A DNA stretch of 64,000 nt from Nitrosotalea sp. (lineage in GTDB: Archaea; Thermoproteota; Nitrososphaeria; Nitrososphaerales; Nitrosopumilaceae): assembly GCA_023252235.1 (NCBI GenBank), contig JAHEXH010000002.1:6031-70030 (forward strand), read 5' to 3'. Positions 1-9,005 of this stretch are shown piece after piece; the first letter of the stretch is position 1, and the number at the start of each line of letters is the position of its first letter. Position numbers and translations under genes: made by a program. The notes under the pieces were generated by a model. That model ran no database searches and was not told the origin of the DNA. It was given only the letters and a program-made list of their open reading frames with translations.

Positions 1-670
1 TTTCCAAATCAACATAGTGATTTATCAATGATCTAAAATGATATTTGTTAAGATAGTATTTTCCTACCTTGAATTTGTAGTCAAAGTCATCAAGTTTCTC
101 TAGATATTTTGTTGCTTCTTCTACATTATGAGTATAGCCACCTTCGATTTGAAATACAGATGGATCTCTTACGATATCGGCAATACCTACGAGAATTGCA
201 ACTCTTTCAAACATCTCACCTGGACTTTCAGTTATCTGACCTTTGTTGTTTCTAAGTAAATATCTGGATGCTAAAACTCGCAAGCAATTAAGATCGAATT
301 TTTTTGCTACGCTATCAAGAGATTTGGATTCAAGAACCTTCATCTTTTCTTCCCTGACTCTTCTTCGTTCGTGTCTGTACAGGATGTACGCCTTTGCGAT
401 TTCTCCTAGTCCTTCCTCAATTAGAGTAGACTCCACCATATCTTGAACATCTTCTACGCTTGGTGCTTCTGAACTAGAAAATCCACGATTAACAAGTTTT
501 GCAAGAACATGATTTGCAAGCTTATCTGCTAATCCATGATCTGATCTTCCACAAGCTACGAGTGCTTTGTATATAGCGCTTGAAATTTTATCTCTTTGGA
601 AATCTGATACTCGACCATCACGCTTCTTTACTTGAAGGATCGAATTCTCTATTTGTGAAAAATCTGTCAA
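1..670 (-). CDS. nrdJ: Class II (adenosylcobalamin-dependent) ribonucleotide reductase, N-terminal part with ATP-cone; truncated by window edge, absent from ORF track
   Basis: Hand translation from TTG at 670: MTDFSQIENSILQVKKRDGRVSDFQRDKISSAIYKA...SVEDVQDMVESTL...AKAYILYR (ATP-cone), then RVLASRYLLRNNKGQITESPGEMFERVA (RNR core start). GGGGAG SD-like motif upstream. Class II inferred from lineage; catalytic core lies outside the window. Confidence 0.85.
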   Translation of the reverse strand, partial: MTDFSQIENSILQVKKRDGRVSDFQRDKISSAIYKALVACGRSDHGLADKLANHVLAKLVNRGFSSSEAPSVEDVQDMVESTLIEEGLGEIAKAYILYRHERRRVREEKMKVLESKSLDSVAKKFDLNCLRVLASRYLLRNNKGQITESPGEMFERVAILVGIADIVRDPSVFQIEGGYTHNVEEATKYLEKLDDFDYKFKVGKYYLNKYHFRSLINHYVDLE

Positions 671-963
671 CTTACTCCCCGTACCCCTATCAAATGGGAG
701 TTAAATAAACACTGCGGCAAAAAATAATTTTCTAAAGCTAAACTTTGGATCAATTTTGTTGACACCGTTACGATTTTCATAGTATGAGATCATTTGAAGT
801 ATACATATAAAAAAAATTTAATCCACGCCTGAGATTATATTTCAAGCCTAGACTTTAGATCACAATTAACTTAGTTTAGAGAATTATGCATTAAAAATTT
901 AGATCAAAGTTCTAGATTAATCAAAAATTTTATTCAGGTTATCAGTATTTCCTAAGGTGAGAG

Positions 964-3060
964 TTATGCAAGTATGTAAGGTGACTTGCATACTGAACAT
1001 TTTTCAGCGATCTTTTCCTCTTTGAGACCACAGTTACTACATATCGGTACTTTTCTGATTGGTCTAAAAGATCCTAATAGATCGCCTGCTTTTTCAATCG
1101 CTTTTTTGATTCCTGAAGAATCCATTGTATCTGGGATCTTTAATTGAACTAACAATCCGCCGTTGAGTATCTTTGAGAAATAGTTTGATTCTACAATCTT
1201 TTCATTCTTAGGATTCATCTCTGCTATCTCAGAGGCATCAAGGACAATTCCTTCTGAATAGGACTCACCCATGACATGCTGGTTAATTGATGTCTTGCCA
1301 TATTTTTCACCATCAAGAGAGGAGAAGCGGCCTGCTGCATCACTCTCAGTCATGGTTACAATAACATTATCCCCCATTTCCTTTCCTTTCTTTGCGGCTA
1401 CTTCCATAGCAGTGTTTATCACCTTAGCCAGTATTTCGTGTCCAGCCTTGTTATTTTCATATCCTAAAATACCATAAACTGCCTCTTTGAGTCCAATTAG
1501 ATTAACAACTAGAGTTACTGATCCCTTTTGCATGTATTGTGTATTGTTTGCAAGAATTGGGTTAAGACCACGTCTTGTTAGATCAGATATTTCCTTCTTT
1601 CTCAAAGACATTGCTGCAAGTGCAGGTTTCATTAATAGTGCAAGTCTTGCTCTGAAATATGTTTCATCTTTGTTAGATTCAAAGGCCAACCTTGGCATAT
1701 TTATCGATAGAGATTCCAAATTGATAGAAGTAGTTCCAACATTCTTTGCATCTATTCGTGCCAGACCCTTGTTAGATACCAAGCCTTTAGCAAACATAAT
1801 GTGTCCTCCTAATGCAATTACATCTGCCAAAATTTCTGAATAGTCACTTATTTTGGCTTTTTCGTAATCAATTACCAGCCCTATTGAAGGAATTGGTGTT
1901 GACTTTACATATTTCTTGTAGGCTTGAAGAACAGTTCCAACTAATTTCGGTTCTGTTCCAATAGAAATTCTAAATGAAGTTAGTGTTCCGTTCTTGCCAT
2001 ACTTTGGTCCTGTAGATATTTTTGCAAAACAACTTGCAAGTTTTTCTTCGATTTCAGGCAAGTTTTTGGAATATTTTTGTAATACAGTAATCAATCCGTC
2101 CATTACTACTTCTTGTGATGCTTCTTTTATGAGAAGACTTGTCAATAAAGACAGAGATGTAAAAAGATCATCTAGCGAATTTGGTGGAGATGTTCTTGTA
2201 ACACCTAAGAACTTTCCTCTCAGGTCAACACCGTCTTCGATAAGCTCCTTGATGTTCACAAATATAGTGTCTGGGAGAAGTGACCACAATCCAGCATTTG
2301 TAATATGAAGATCTCCTGAGAGATGAGAATCAGCAACGTCCTTTGGTAAGGTGTTTAAAACAAGATATTCGCCAAATACCGTCTGTCCTGTTTTAAATAA
2401 CAAACCCTCGACTCCGTTATGGATACCATCTACATTGGTTAACAATTCATGAATATCATATCCCGGTAATCCAAATCTTGCAAGTTTATGCCTATAATCT
2501 TCGTGGCCTTGTTCTAAGAGGACAGAGTTGACCATCTCACGTATGAGTGAGGATGTCAGATAAGATGTCTGGAATTTGTATATCCTATTCTCCACCTCTT
2601 CAGTTATCTTTTGAGCAAGCTCAAGTGGAAGGCTGCCTTCGCGAACCAGTGACTGGATAATTTTATGGGAGTTGAATTCTTCTATTGATTCGTGTGAAGT
2701 TCTGACATACATCTTGCCACTTTCAATAATAGATCGCTCTTCTATCTGTCTTGCAAGACTTAGGACTAGTTTTCCCAAGTTAGTAATTGTGTATCTTCTT
2801 TCAGACTTGTTCAGAGCTACAAGGGACTGTCTTAGTAATTTTCTTAAGTGGTATGCAAACTTGCCACTTTCCTTTTTTGATTTGAAGCCAGCTAGAGATT
2901 TTAGTTCAGAATAAGTAAGAGGTCCCTTTGAGTTTAAGATGCGTAAAATATCAATTCTGTTTGGACTTGCCATAACAGAGAAGATCATTCTTACACGTTT
3001 TGATGCTGATTGTAATATTCCGCCACGTTTTGGATCGCCAAAGTCTTCACTTAGTTCCAT
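964..3060 (-). CDS. ArsR-like winged HTH + ATP-cone + degenerate NrdD (class III RNR)-like domain + C-terminal Zn ribbon
   Basis: N-term SPNRIDILRILNSKGPLTYSEL...FAYHLRKL (wHTH); YVRTSHESIEEFNSHKIIQSL (ATP-cone-like); HLSGDLHI, SINMPRLA, IGLKEAV (NrdD-like); CSNC..CSVC end with no glycyl-radical RxxGY motif. Confidence 0.8.
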   Translation of the reverse strand: MELSEDFGDPKRGGILQSASKRVRMIFSVMASPNRIDILRILNSKGPLTYSELKSLAGFKSKKESGKFAYHLRKLLRQSLVALNKSERRYTITNLGKLVLSLARQIEERSIIESGKMYVRTSHESIEEFNSHKIIQSLVREGSLPLELAQKITEEVENRIYKFQTSYLTSSLIREMVNSVLLEQGHEDYRHKLARFGLPGYDIHELLTNVDGIHNGVEGLLFKTGQTVFGEYLVLNTLPKDVADSHLSGDLHITNAGLWSLLPDTIFVNIKELIEDGVDLRGKFLGVTRTSPPNSLDDLFTSLSLLTSLLIKEASQEVVMDGLITVLQKYSKNLPEIEEKLASCFAKISTGPKYGKNGTLTSFRISIGTEPKLVGTVLQAYKKYVKSTPIPSIGLVIDYEKAKISDYSEILADVIALGGHIMFAKGLVSNKGLARIDAKNVGTTSINLESLSINMPRLAFESNKDETYFRARLALLMKPALAAMSLRKKEISDLTRRGLNPILANNTQYMQKGSVTLVVNLIGLKEAVYGILGYENNKAGHEILAKVINTAMEVAAKKGKEMGDNVIVTMTESDAAGRFSSLDGEKYGKTSINQHVMGESYSEGIVLDASEIAEMNPKNEKIVESNYFSKILNGGLLVQLKIPDTMDSSGIKKAIEKAGDLLGSFRPIRKVPICSNCGLKEEKIAEKCSVCKSPYILA

Positions 3061-3129
3061 GGAGTTACCTAAACTGGCATCAGTAAATAAGATTTATGAC
3101 GAATTTGATCGAGACACAAGCTTTTTAGA

Positions 3130-3291
3130 TCAGTTTTTCTGCACATCCACACTAAATTCGGATGGAGATAAAGTCTGTCCACAAGATGGACATTTACTGT
3201 TATACGGTCGCATTACATCTTTTATCGATTTTAACATACGCATATTTGCAATTTTAGCTCCACATCTTCCGCAAACAACATCAACAGACAT
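3130..3291 (-). CDS. Small Zn-ribbon protein (53 aa), not in ORF track
   Basis: Hand translation MSVDVVCGRCGAKIANMRMLKSIKDVMRPYNSKCPSCGQTLSPSEFSVDVQKN with two CxxC pairs; AT-rich TATA-like region upstream. Confidence 0.75.
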   Translation of the reverse strand: MSVDVVCGRCGAKIANMRMLKSIKDVMRPYNSKCPSCGQTLSPSEFSVDVQKN

Positions 3292-3364
3292 TTCAAGTTA
3301 ATGTTAGTTCAAATATTATAAAAGAGATTTTTTGAATTTTTTTAATCAGTTTAATAAATTTGGT

Positions 3365-3730
3365 TTACTGTTTCTCGATTATGATTCCACGTTGGTCATA
3401 ACCGGTTATTTTTGCTCTTGCTCCAAGAGGAAGATCTGCTGGAGATTTTATGTCTGCCATAAAACCTGAGATTCTCAATTCAGACTCGTCCAATTTCATA
3501 ACTACCCATGCATATGGAATATATTCTTCGTATCCGTCCGGCGGTACAGTAATTATAGTATAAGTAACAATGTAGCCTTTACCATCAATTACAGTATTCT
3601 CAAATCCTTTGTTTCCGCAATTTTGGCAGTAATAAGTTGTAACTAGATGAAGGTGTCCACATTTTGTACATTTTCTAGTGAGAACCTTTCCCAGTTTGGC
3701 ATTGTTGGCGAATTCTTCTTTTGTAAGCAA
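3365..3730 (-). CDS. DUF35 Zn-ribbon/OB-fold protein (thiolase partner)
   Basis: CTKCG..CQNCG plus OB-fold GYIVTYTII..PYAWVVMKLD. Start moved to TTG 3730, just after the thiolase stop. Confidence 0.9.
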   Translation of the reverse strand: MLTKEEFANNAKLGKVLTRKCTKCGHLHLVTTYYCQNCGNKGFENTVIDGKGYIVTYTIITVPPDGYEEYIPYAWVVMKLDESELRISGFMADIKSPADLPLGARAKITGYDQRGIIIEKQ

Positions 3731-3731
3731 T

Positions 3732-4886
3732 TTACACACTTTTGAATATATGTACGGCACAGCTGGCGCCTGTTGCACCAAAGTTATGGGTTAATCCGAT
3801 TTTAGCGTCTTTGACTGTTCTTTCTCCTGCTTTTCCTGTTAATTGATCAAAAACTTCTGCTACTTGACCGATTCCAGTTGCACCTATTGGATGACCCTTT
3901 GATTTTAGACCACCAGACGGATTGATAGATATATCTCCGTTAAGTTTGGTTCGTCCTTCTCTAACTGCTTGCACAGCTTTTCCTTGTTCAAAGAATCCCA
4001 AGTCTTCAGTGTCAACTAGTTCAGCAATTGTAAAGCAATCATGAACTTCTGCAAAATCAATATCTTTTGGTGTTACACCTGCCATCTTGTATGCAGCCTG
4101 TGCTGCAATTCTGGTGCTGGGTATTGTAGTAATGTGATCTCTTCCTTGTAGTGCAGCAGGTGATCCACCCCTACCTGATCCAATAACTTCAACATAATTT
4201 TTAGTATGAGCCTTTGCGAATTTCTCGCTACATATGATAACAGCACTTGCACCATCTGAAAATGGACAACAGTCATACAACTTTAATGGACTTGCAACTA
4301 CTGCCGACTTCATTACATCATCAATTGTAATTTTTTTTCTCAAATGTGCTTTTGGATTAAGAAAACCGTTATCATGATTTTTTACTGCAACCATTGCAAG
4401 ATCTTCTTCTGTAGCTTTGTATTCAGCAAGATATGCTCTTGCCATAGATGCAAATAATCCTGGAAATGAAGCACCAGCTCCTCCTTCATAAAAAAAATCA
4501 GAACAATACGAAAAGTAAGTTGTAGTCCATTCAGTACCAGTATGAGTTACTTTTTCTACTCCTGTTGCTAATACCGCGTCATAAAATCCTGCAGCTACAT
4601 TTGCATATGCTTCTCTAAATGAAACTGAACCACTTCCACATGCTGATTCAATTGAAAGTGAAGGAACTTCTGGAATACCAAGATTGCTCATTATAACAGG
4701 ACCCAAGTGAACTTGTTTGTCTGCAATACCAAATACGTTAGAAATGTATCCTGCTCCAATCTCCTTTGGTTCTATTCCTGCACTTTCTATGGCATCAACT
4801 GATGCCTGAAGTGCAATATCAGTAATACTGTCTTCTAATTTACCATATTTTGTGCTGCCAGCACCAATAAGACAGACTTTTTCCAC
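3732..4886 (-). CDS. Archaeal-type acetyl-CoA C-acetyltransferase (thiolase)
   Basis: ESACGSG, EVHDCF and SGGLKSKGHPIGATG motifs; coupled to DUF35 gene. Confidence 0.95.
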   Translation of the reverse strand: MEKVCLIGAGSTKYGKLEDSITDIALQASVDAIESAGIEPKEIGAGYISNVFGIADKQVHLGPVIMSNLGIPEVPSLSIESACGSGSVSFREAYANVAAGFYDAVLATGVEKVTHTGTEWTTTYFSYCSDFFYEGGAGASFPGLFASMARAYLAEYKATEEDLAMVAVKNHDNGFLNPKAHLRKKITIDDVMKSAVVASPLKLYDCCPFSDGASAVIICSEKFAKAHTKNYVEVIGSGRGGSPAALQGRDHITTIPSTRIAAQAAYKMAGVTPKDIDFAEVHDCFTIAELVDTEDLGFFEQGKAVQAVREGRTKLNGDISINPSGGLKSKGHPIGATGIGQVAEVFDQLTGKAGERTVKDAKIGLTHNFGATGASCAVHIFKSV

Positions 4887-4949
4887 AAATCTCGCTGACT
4901 AGATTCCATATAAAAATTCTTCAGTAGTTTCTTTAATTCGATAAACAGT

Positions 4950-5417
4950 ATGATATCATTGAAAGATCAAGTTATCCAGACGACAGTGGTCAAAAAACGA
5001 CTAGATTCAAGAAATTCTGTTAAAATTACAAAGAAAAAGATTGGCATTATCCAGAGTGAGATAAAACAGTACTATGACAAAAATGGATATCTTTCATGGT
5101 CAGAGAAGAAGAGAAAATATGTTATCCTAGGGACAAACGCGCCTGTTAATGGTCTTGTGGAATGTCCTAATTGTCACATAGGAAAACTTCTCATCATCAG
5201 ATCTCGTAAGACAAAGAAGCGATTCATCGGGTGTTCAAATTATTATAATGGTTGTAAAGCATCTGCTCCACTAGTACAAAGGGGAATGATCTGTGCAACA
5301 AAGATGCCTTGCAGAATTTGTTTTTGGCCAATTATTTTACTAAGATATTCCAGAAAACAAAAGTGGGCAAGACAGTGTTCTAACATGCTATGTGAAAGTA
5401 GAATTTCTAAATCTTGA
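4950..5417 (+). CDS. Stand-alone topoisomerase IA C4 zinc-finger domain protein
   Basis: CPNC..LLIIRSRKTKKRFIGCSNYYNGC, second C4 unit CRIC..CSNMLC. Confidence 0.8.
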   Translation: MISLKDQVIQTTVVKKRLDSRNSVKITKKKIGIIQSEIKQYYDKNGYLSWSEKKRKYVILGTNAPVNGLVECPNCHIGKLLIIRSRKTKKRFIGCSNYYNGCKASAPLVQRGMICATKMPCRICFWPIILLRYSRKQKWARQCSNMLCESRISKS

Positions 5418-6216
5418 GATCTTTGTAAATGTCAGTACGCCTGTTTTGTAATAGTGGAAGTTTTTGTCTTACTTGCTTAACTTCATCTAATGAAATGTCA
5501 ACAATTCCAATTCCTTCTCTTTTCTTCATATCAAGAAGTATCTTTCCATAAGGATCAATTACTACACTTCTTCCACAGTAAATATTTCCTACCTGATCTG
5601 GAGAAATTACATAACACCCATTCTCAATTGCTCTTGTCTTGTTTATAGTCAACCAATGTTCTTCTTTCATTTTTCCTTTAACCCATGCGGAAGGTACTAC
5701 CAGAACTTCAGAACCTGACGAAGCTAATATTCTAGACATCTCAGGAAATCGAAGATCATAACAAATCATCATTCCCATTTTCCCCACACTAGTTTTTACT
5801 GGTTTTGTAATTGAGGAGCCAGGGTAAAGTTTTACAGATTCTTTAAAGCCAAGCGCATCATAGAGATGAATTTTTCTGTATGTTGAAATCACTTTGCCGT
5901 TCTTATCTATGAGAAAAGATGTATCATATACCCTATTTGGCTTGGGACTTTTTTCATACAGAGTACCAACAACCTGAATTGAATTTTGTTTTGCAGCTTC
6001 AGATATGGATGAAACAAATTCACCGTCTATCTTTTCAGCAATATTTGCAAGTTCTGAAGGAGATTGAGAAGATGGTGTGTAATACATCATAAATTCAGGA
6101 AATGTGCATAATACTGAGCCTTTACGTGCTGCTTGTGAAATATATCTTAGAATTTTTTTTAAATTATTTTTCTTGTCTGTTTCAGCTCGCATTTGAACTA
6201 CAGCAATCTTTGCCAC
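5407..6216 (-). CDS. Carbon-nitrogen hydrolase (nitrilase superfamily, Nit1/Nit2-like amidase)
   Basis: Glu-Lys-Cys triad: FPEF, YRKIHLYD, ICYDLRFPE; TRAIENG motif. Confidence 0.93.
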   Translation of the reverse strand: MAKIAVVQMRAETDKKNNLKKILRYISQAARKGSVLCTFPEFMMYYTPSSQSPSELANIAEKIDGEFVSSISEAAKQNSIQVVGTLYEKSPKPNRVYDTSFLIDKNGKVISTYRKIHLYDALGFKESVKLYPGSSITKPVKTSVGKMGMMICYDLRFPEMSRILASSGSEVLVVPSAWVKGKMKEEHWLTINKTRAIENGCYVISPDQVGNIYCGRSVVIDPYGKILLDMKKREGIGIVDISLDEVKQVRQKLPLLQNRRTDIYKDLKI

Positions 6217-6250
6217 AAGCTTGTTTGATTATTATAAAATAAAAATGTGT

Positions 6251-6427
6251 TTAGAGGGGATTTCCTGCCATATACCAATTTTCTTTTGGATTTTCTTCAA
6301 AAACTACGATAACGTGACTTTCTTTTGTTTTTAGAATCTCCACTGCAGATTTTGTAATGGCTTTTGCAAATTCCTCTTTTTGTTTTTCAGTTCTGCCTGG
6401 ATACATTGAGACTGTTATCAGAGGCAT
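6251..6427 (-). CDS. 4-oxalocrotonate tautomerase family protein (58 aa), not in ORF track
   Basis: Hand translation MPLITVSMYPGRTEKQKEEFAKAITKSAVEILKTKESHVIVVFEENPKENWYMAGNPL; N-terminal catalytic Pro, GRT..QK and W..G signature. Confidence 0.9.
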   Translation of the reverse strand: MPLITVSMYPGRTEKQKEEFAKAITKSAVEILKTKESHVIVVFEENPKENWYMAGNPL

Positions 6428-6533
6428 ATCTCAACAATGATCAATACAGAATTTATTCTTTGGTACTAGACAAAATTACTTTTGAAATTTTTATTTTAAA
6501 TTAATGTATTTAGAATAATTTGTTCTAAATATA

Positions 6534-7277
6534 TCAAGTGCCCCACTTGGTTCCCCCCTTCCAACCATATCTTGTACCATAGGTAAACTCAGAACTGTGA
6601 GTCTTTTTGTAAACAAATCCAGAGAACAGCCCTACAAGGAATCCTCCAATATGAGCAAAAAATGCAATGCCTGACCCACTTGAGCCAATCAATGCAGGTA
6701 AAACATTTTGGAAAATGAACCAGAAAGGAAGATACCACTTGGCTGAAATTCTGGTAACTCTTGTAAAGAATCCCATTAGTATCAATGTCAAGACTTTTGC
6801 ATTGGGGAATAAGATGAGATAAGCTCCTAGTACTCCAGAAATTGCTCCAGAAGCTCCTATTGCAGGTAATGGACTTGATGGGTTAGATAAGATATGGAAA
6901 AGTCCAGCTACAACACCCCAAAAAAGATAGAGTCCAAGAAATTTTCCCCTTCCAAATTTGTATTCTATGTTATCTCCAAATATCCAAAGAAACAACATGT
7001 TGCCTCCAATATGCATTACACCTGCATGAAGAAACATGGAACTGAAAATGGTAGATATTACACCATAATTATGATCGGCTAATCCGTTTGTAATAACTGC
7101 AGGAACTGTACCATAATTTAACAGTAAATCTTCTGCTCGTTTATTTGTAAATTCCCAAACTTGATGAGTTACAGCTATTTCCCAAAAAAATAACAGCACA
7201 TTGATTGCAATCAAGCCATAAGTGACATAAGGTTTCCATCCTACAGGTTTTGGATTTTCGTCTCTTAGCGGTAACAT
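6534..7277 (-). CDS. Rhomboid family intramembrane serine protease
   Basis: HIGGNMLFLWIFGDNIE, GASGAISG (catalytic Ser), AHIGGF (catalytic His). Confidence 0.95.
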   Translation of the reverse strand: MLPLRDENPKPVGWKPYVTYGLIAINVLLFFWEIAVTHQVWEFTNKRAEDLLLNYGTVPAVITNGLADHNYGVISTIFSSMFLHAGVMHIGGNMLFLWIFGDNIEYKFGRGKFLGLYLFWGVVAGLFHILSNPSSPLPAIGASGAISGVLGAYLILFPNAKVLTLILMGFFTRVTRISAKWYLPFWFIFQNVLPALIGSSGSGIAFFAHIGGFLVGLFSGFVYKKTHSSEFTYGTRYGWKGGTKWGT

Positions 7278-7429
7278 GTGATAATGAATTCACCTTTGAT
7301 TTGTATAATAGCATTTTGCGAACTTGATTAAAATTATCTTTGATCTTTATACTATATCAAATTCACAATGTATAGATCTTGTTTGTAGTAAAACTCAAGA
7401 ATTACTAGATAAACAATAAAATGAAAAGT

Positions 7430-8929
7430 CTAGAGTCTTAGAATTCTAGTCTTTGCAGCAAACACTACCATGCTCAATACAGCAATTGCAAGAACTATTG
7501 ATGCGACTGGACCAAACTCTGGAATTACTGTATTATTTGGTTGTCCTCCTGACTGTGTTAGCGAATCCTGTTCTGTTACAGTAGAAGGTATCACAATGTT
7601 TCCTCTACCCATACCTATTCTGGAGTTATCCGGAAAGCCGTTGGTTACAATTGATTTTACTTTAACAATAATATTGTAGATACCATTACCAGGCAAGTTT
7701 ACAGTTTGTGTATCAGATCCTTGTTGAGCAACAGCATCTGTCTTTGACCATAATACGCTTTGATCTTTGTCAAGTACCTGAACATCATAGTTAACATCTC
7801 CTGTAACCTGTTGTTCTGTAAATGAGTCATAGAAATTAATTTTCAAATTGTTCTGTGAGTTTGCAGCCAAGCTTGTAGGATTCCATCCAAGCTTTATGTG
7901 CCACCCTCCAAAGTCGGTAAGCAGTGAAGCAGAGGATTGTACGTTTGGCTTTTCTGGAGCAACCTTGAATTCAATAGTTTTTTCTCCGGATGTAACGGTC
8001 TTTGCCATATTTACCAGATCAGGTTTGTTTAAGAACAAATGCACTATCATGTAATCACCAACAGTATACGGATCAACAATGACTCTTCTTCCGGTAAGAC
8101 CAAATCCTTCTGCACTTGCAGTATATGTTGGAGTATCTGAGAAGGCACTAAGTGATTTTGGTACTCTCAGTTCTTCATGTATGAATATTGGTCTATCTTG
8201 AAATCTATTGACATCCCAATCAAATGACATCTTCCAAGAAAATTGTTTTGTAGCTTCGTCAAATTTGAAATCTGTTGTCTTGTCATAGTAAGAAATCAGT
8301 GTTGTATTATATAGATTATTTTGATAAGTAATATCTTGATTTGATATATCACCCACACTAAGATAGGAATCAAATTTTGGTGGATTTGATTGGTCCACTA
8401 GAGTGTTAGCATAATCAATAGCTAGAATCGACATGTTAAAGTGGTAAAGACCGCCTTCTGTGAGTATTGAGGACAGTACGGTTACATCACTTGTTTGTGA
8501 CCCCCATCCACTTAATGTTGGATCGTTGTCTCCATATACTGTACATATTCCTGCTGGACAATCACCTGCTTGAAACTTTATTGTGAGATATCCTGTATGA
8601 GTATAGAATAAGTCATGCATCAAAATTTTGTCTCCCTTTGTTGCATTGATGAAAAATGAAACATTGTTAATTGTCGTGTTTGTGTTTGCATCAAAAAATC
8701 TAAATTGTATATACTTGTCACCGGAATTATCAGATGTTATAATAGGAGGATTAAGTTTAATGAATACTGTAATTGCTCGGTTTCCAATGTTTGCCTGTAC
8801 ATTTTCCTGAGTAAAGCCATCACCGTATGCTTTTTGTGGAATAAATGTAACTGCAAATGACAAAACTATCAGGCCAAAAATTAATGACAGTACAGTTTTG
8901 GCATAAAGTTGCATTATTTGAAAAAACAC
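7430..8929 (-). CDS. Secreted PEFG-CTERM surface protein
   Basis: Signal peptide ending KAYG; C-terminal IPEFGPVASIVLAIAVLSMVVFAAKTR (PEFG + TM + basic tail). Confidence 0.85.
   Translation of the reverse strand: MFFQIMQLYAKTVLSLIFGLIVLSFAVTFIPQKAYGDGFTQENVQANIGNRAITVFIKLNPPIITSDNSGDKYIQFRFFDANTNTTINNVSFFINATKGDKILMHDLFYTHTGYLTIKFQAGDCPAGICTVYGDNDPTLSGWGSQTSDVTVLSSILTEGGLYHFNMSILAIDYANTLVDQSNPPKFDSYLSVGDISNQDITYQNNLYNTTLISYYDKTTDFKFDEATKQFSWKMSFDWDVNRFQDRPIFIHEELRVPKSLSAFSDTPTYTASAEGFGLTGRRVIVDPYTVGDYMIVHLFLNKPDLVNMAKTVTSGEKTIEFKVAPEKPNVQSSASLLTDFGGWHIKLGWNPTSLAANSQNNLKINFYDSFTEQQVTGDVNYDVQVLDKDQSVLWSKTDAVAQQGSDTQTVNLPGNGIYNIIVKVKSIVTNGFPDNSRIGMGRGNIVIPSTVTEQDSLTQSGGQPNNTVIPEFGPVASIVLAIAVLSMVVFAAKTRILRL
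7445..7522. repeat. 78-bp PEFG-CTERM module, copy 1 of 3 (identical at 10176-10253 and 10887-10964)
   Basis: Direct base-by-base comparison: tctagtctttgcagcaaacactaccatg...ggaccaaactctgg. Confidence 0.95.
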
Positions 8930-9005
8930 CCTACAACCTATTTAATTCTTGAGTAAGAACCATGCCTAACATAAAATTATTAACAAGATAAGATAAAATT
9001 ATGAA

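Noticed and set aside
964-3060. Functional anaerobic ribonucleotide reductase NrdD
   Set aside because: No glycyl-radical motif, catalytic cysteines absent, no activase in the window.
243-3301. Plus-strand ORFs (243-446, 1271-2914, 2939-3301)
   Set aside because: Antisense shadows of nrdJ, the regulator and the Zn-ribbon gene; the same applies to most short antisense ORFs in the track.
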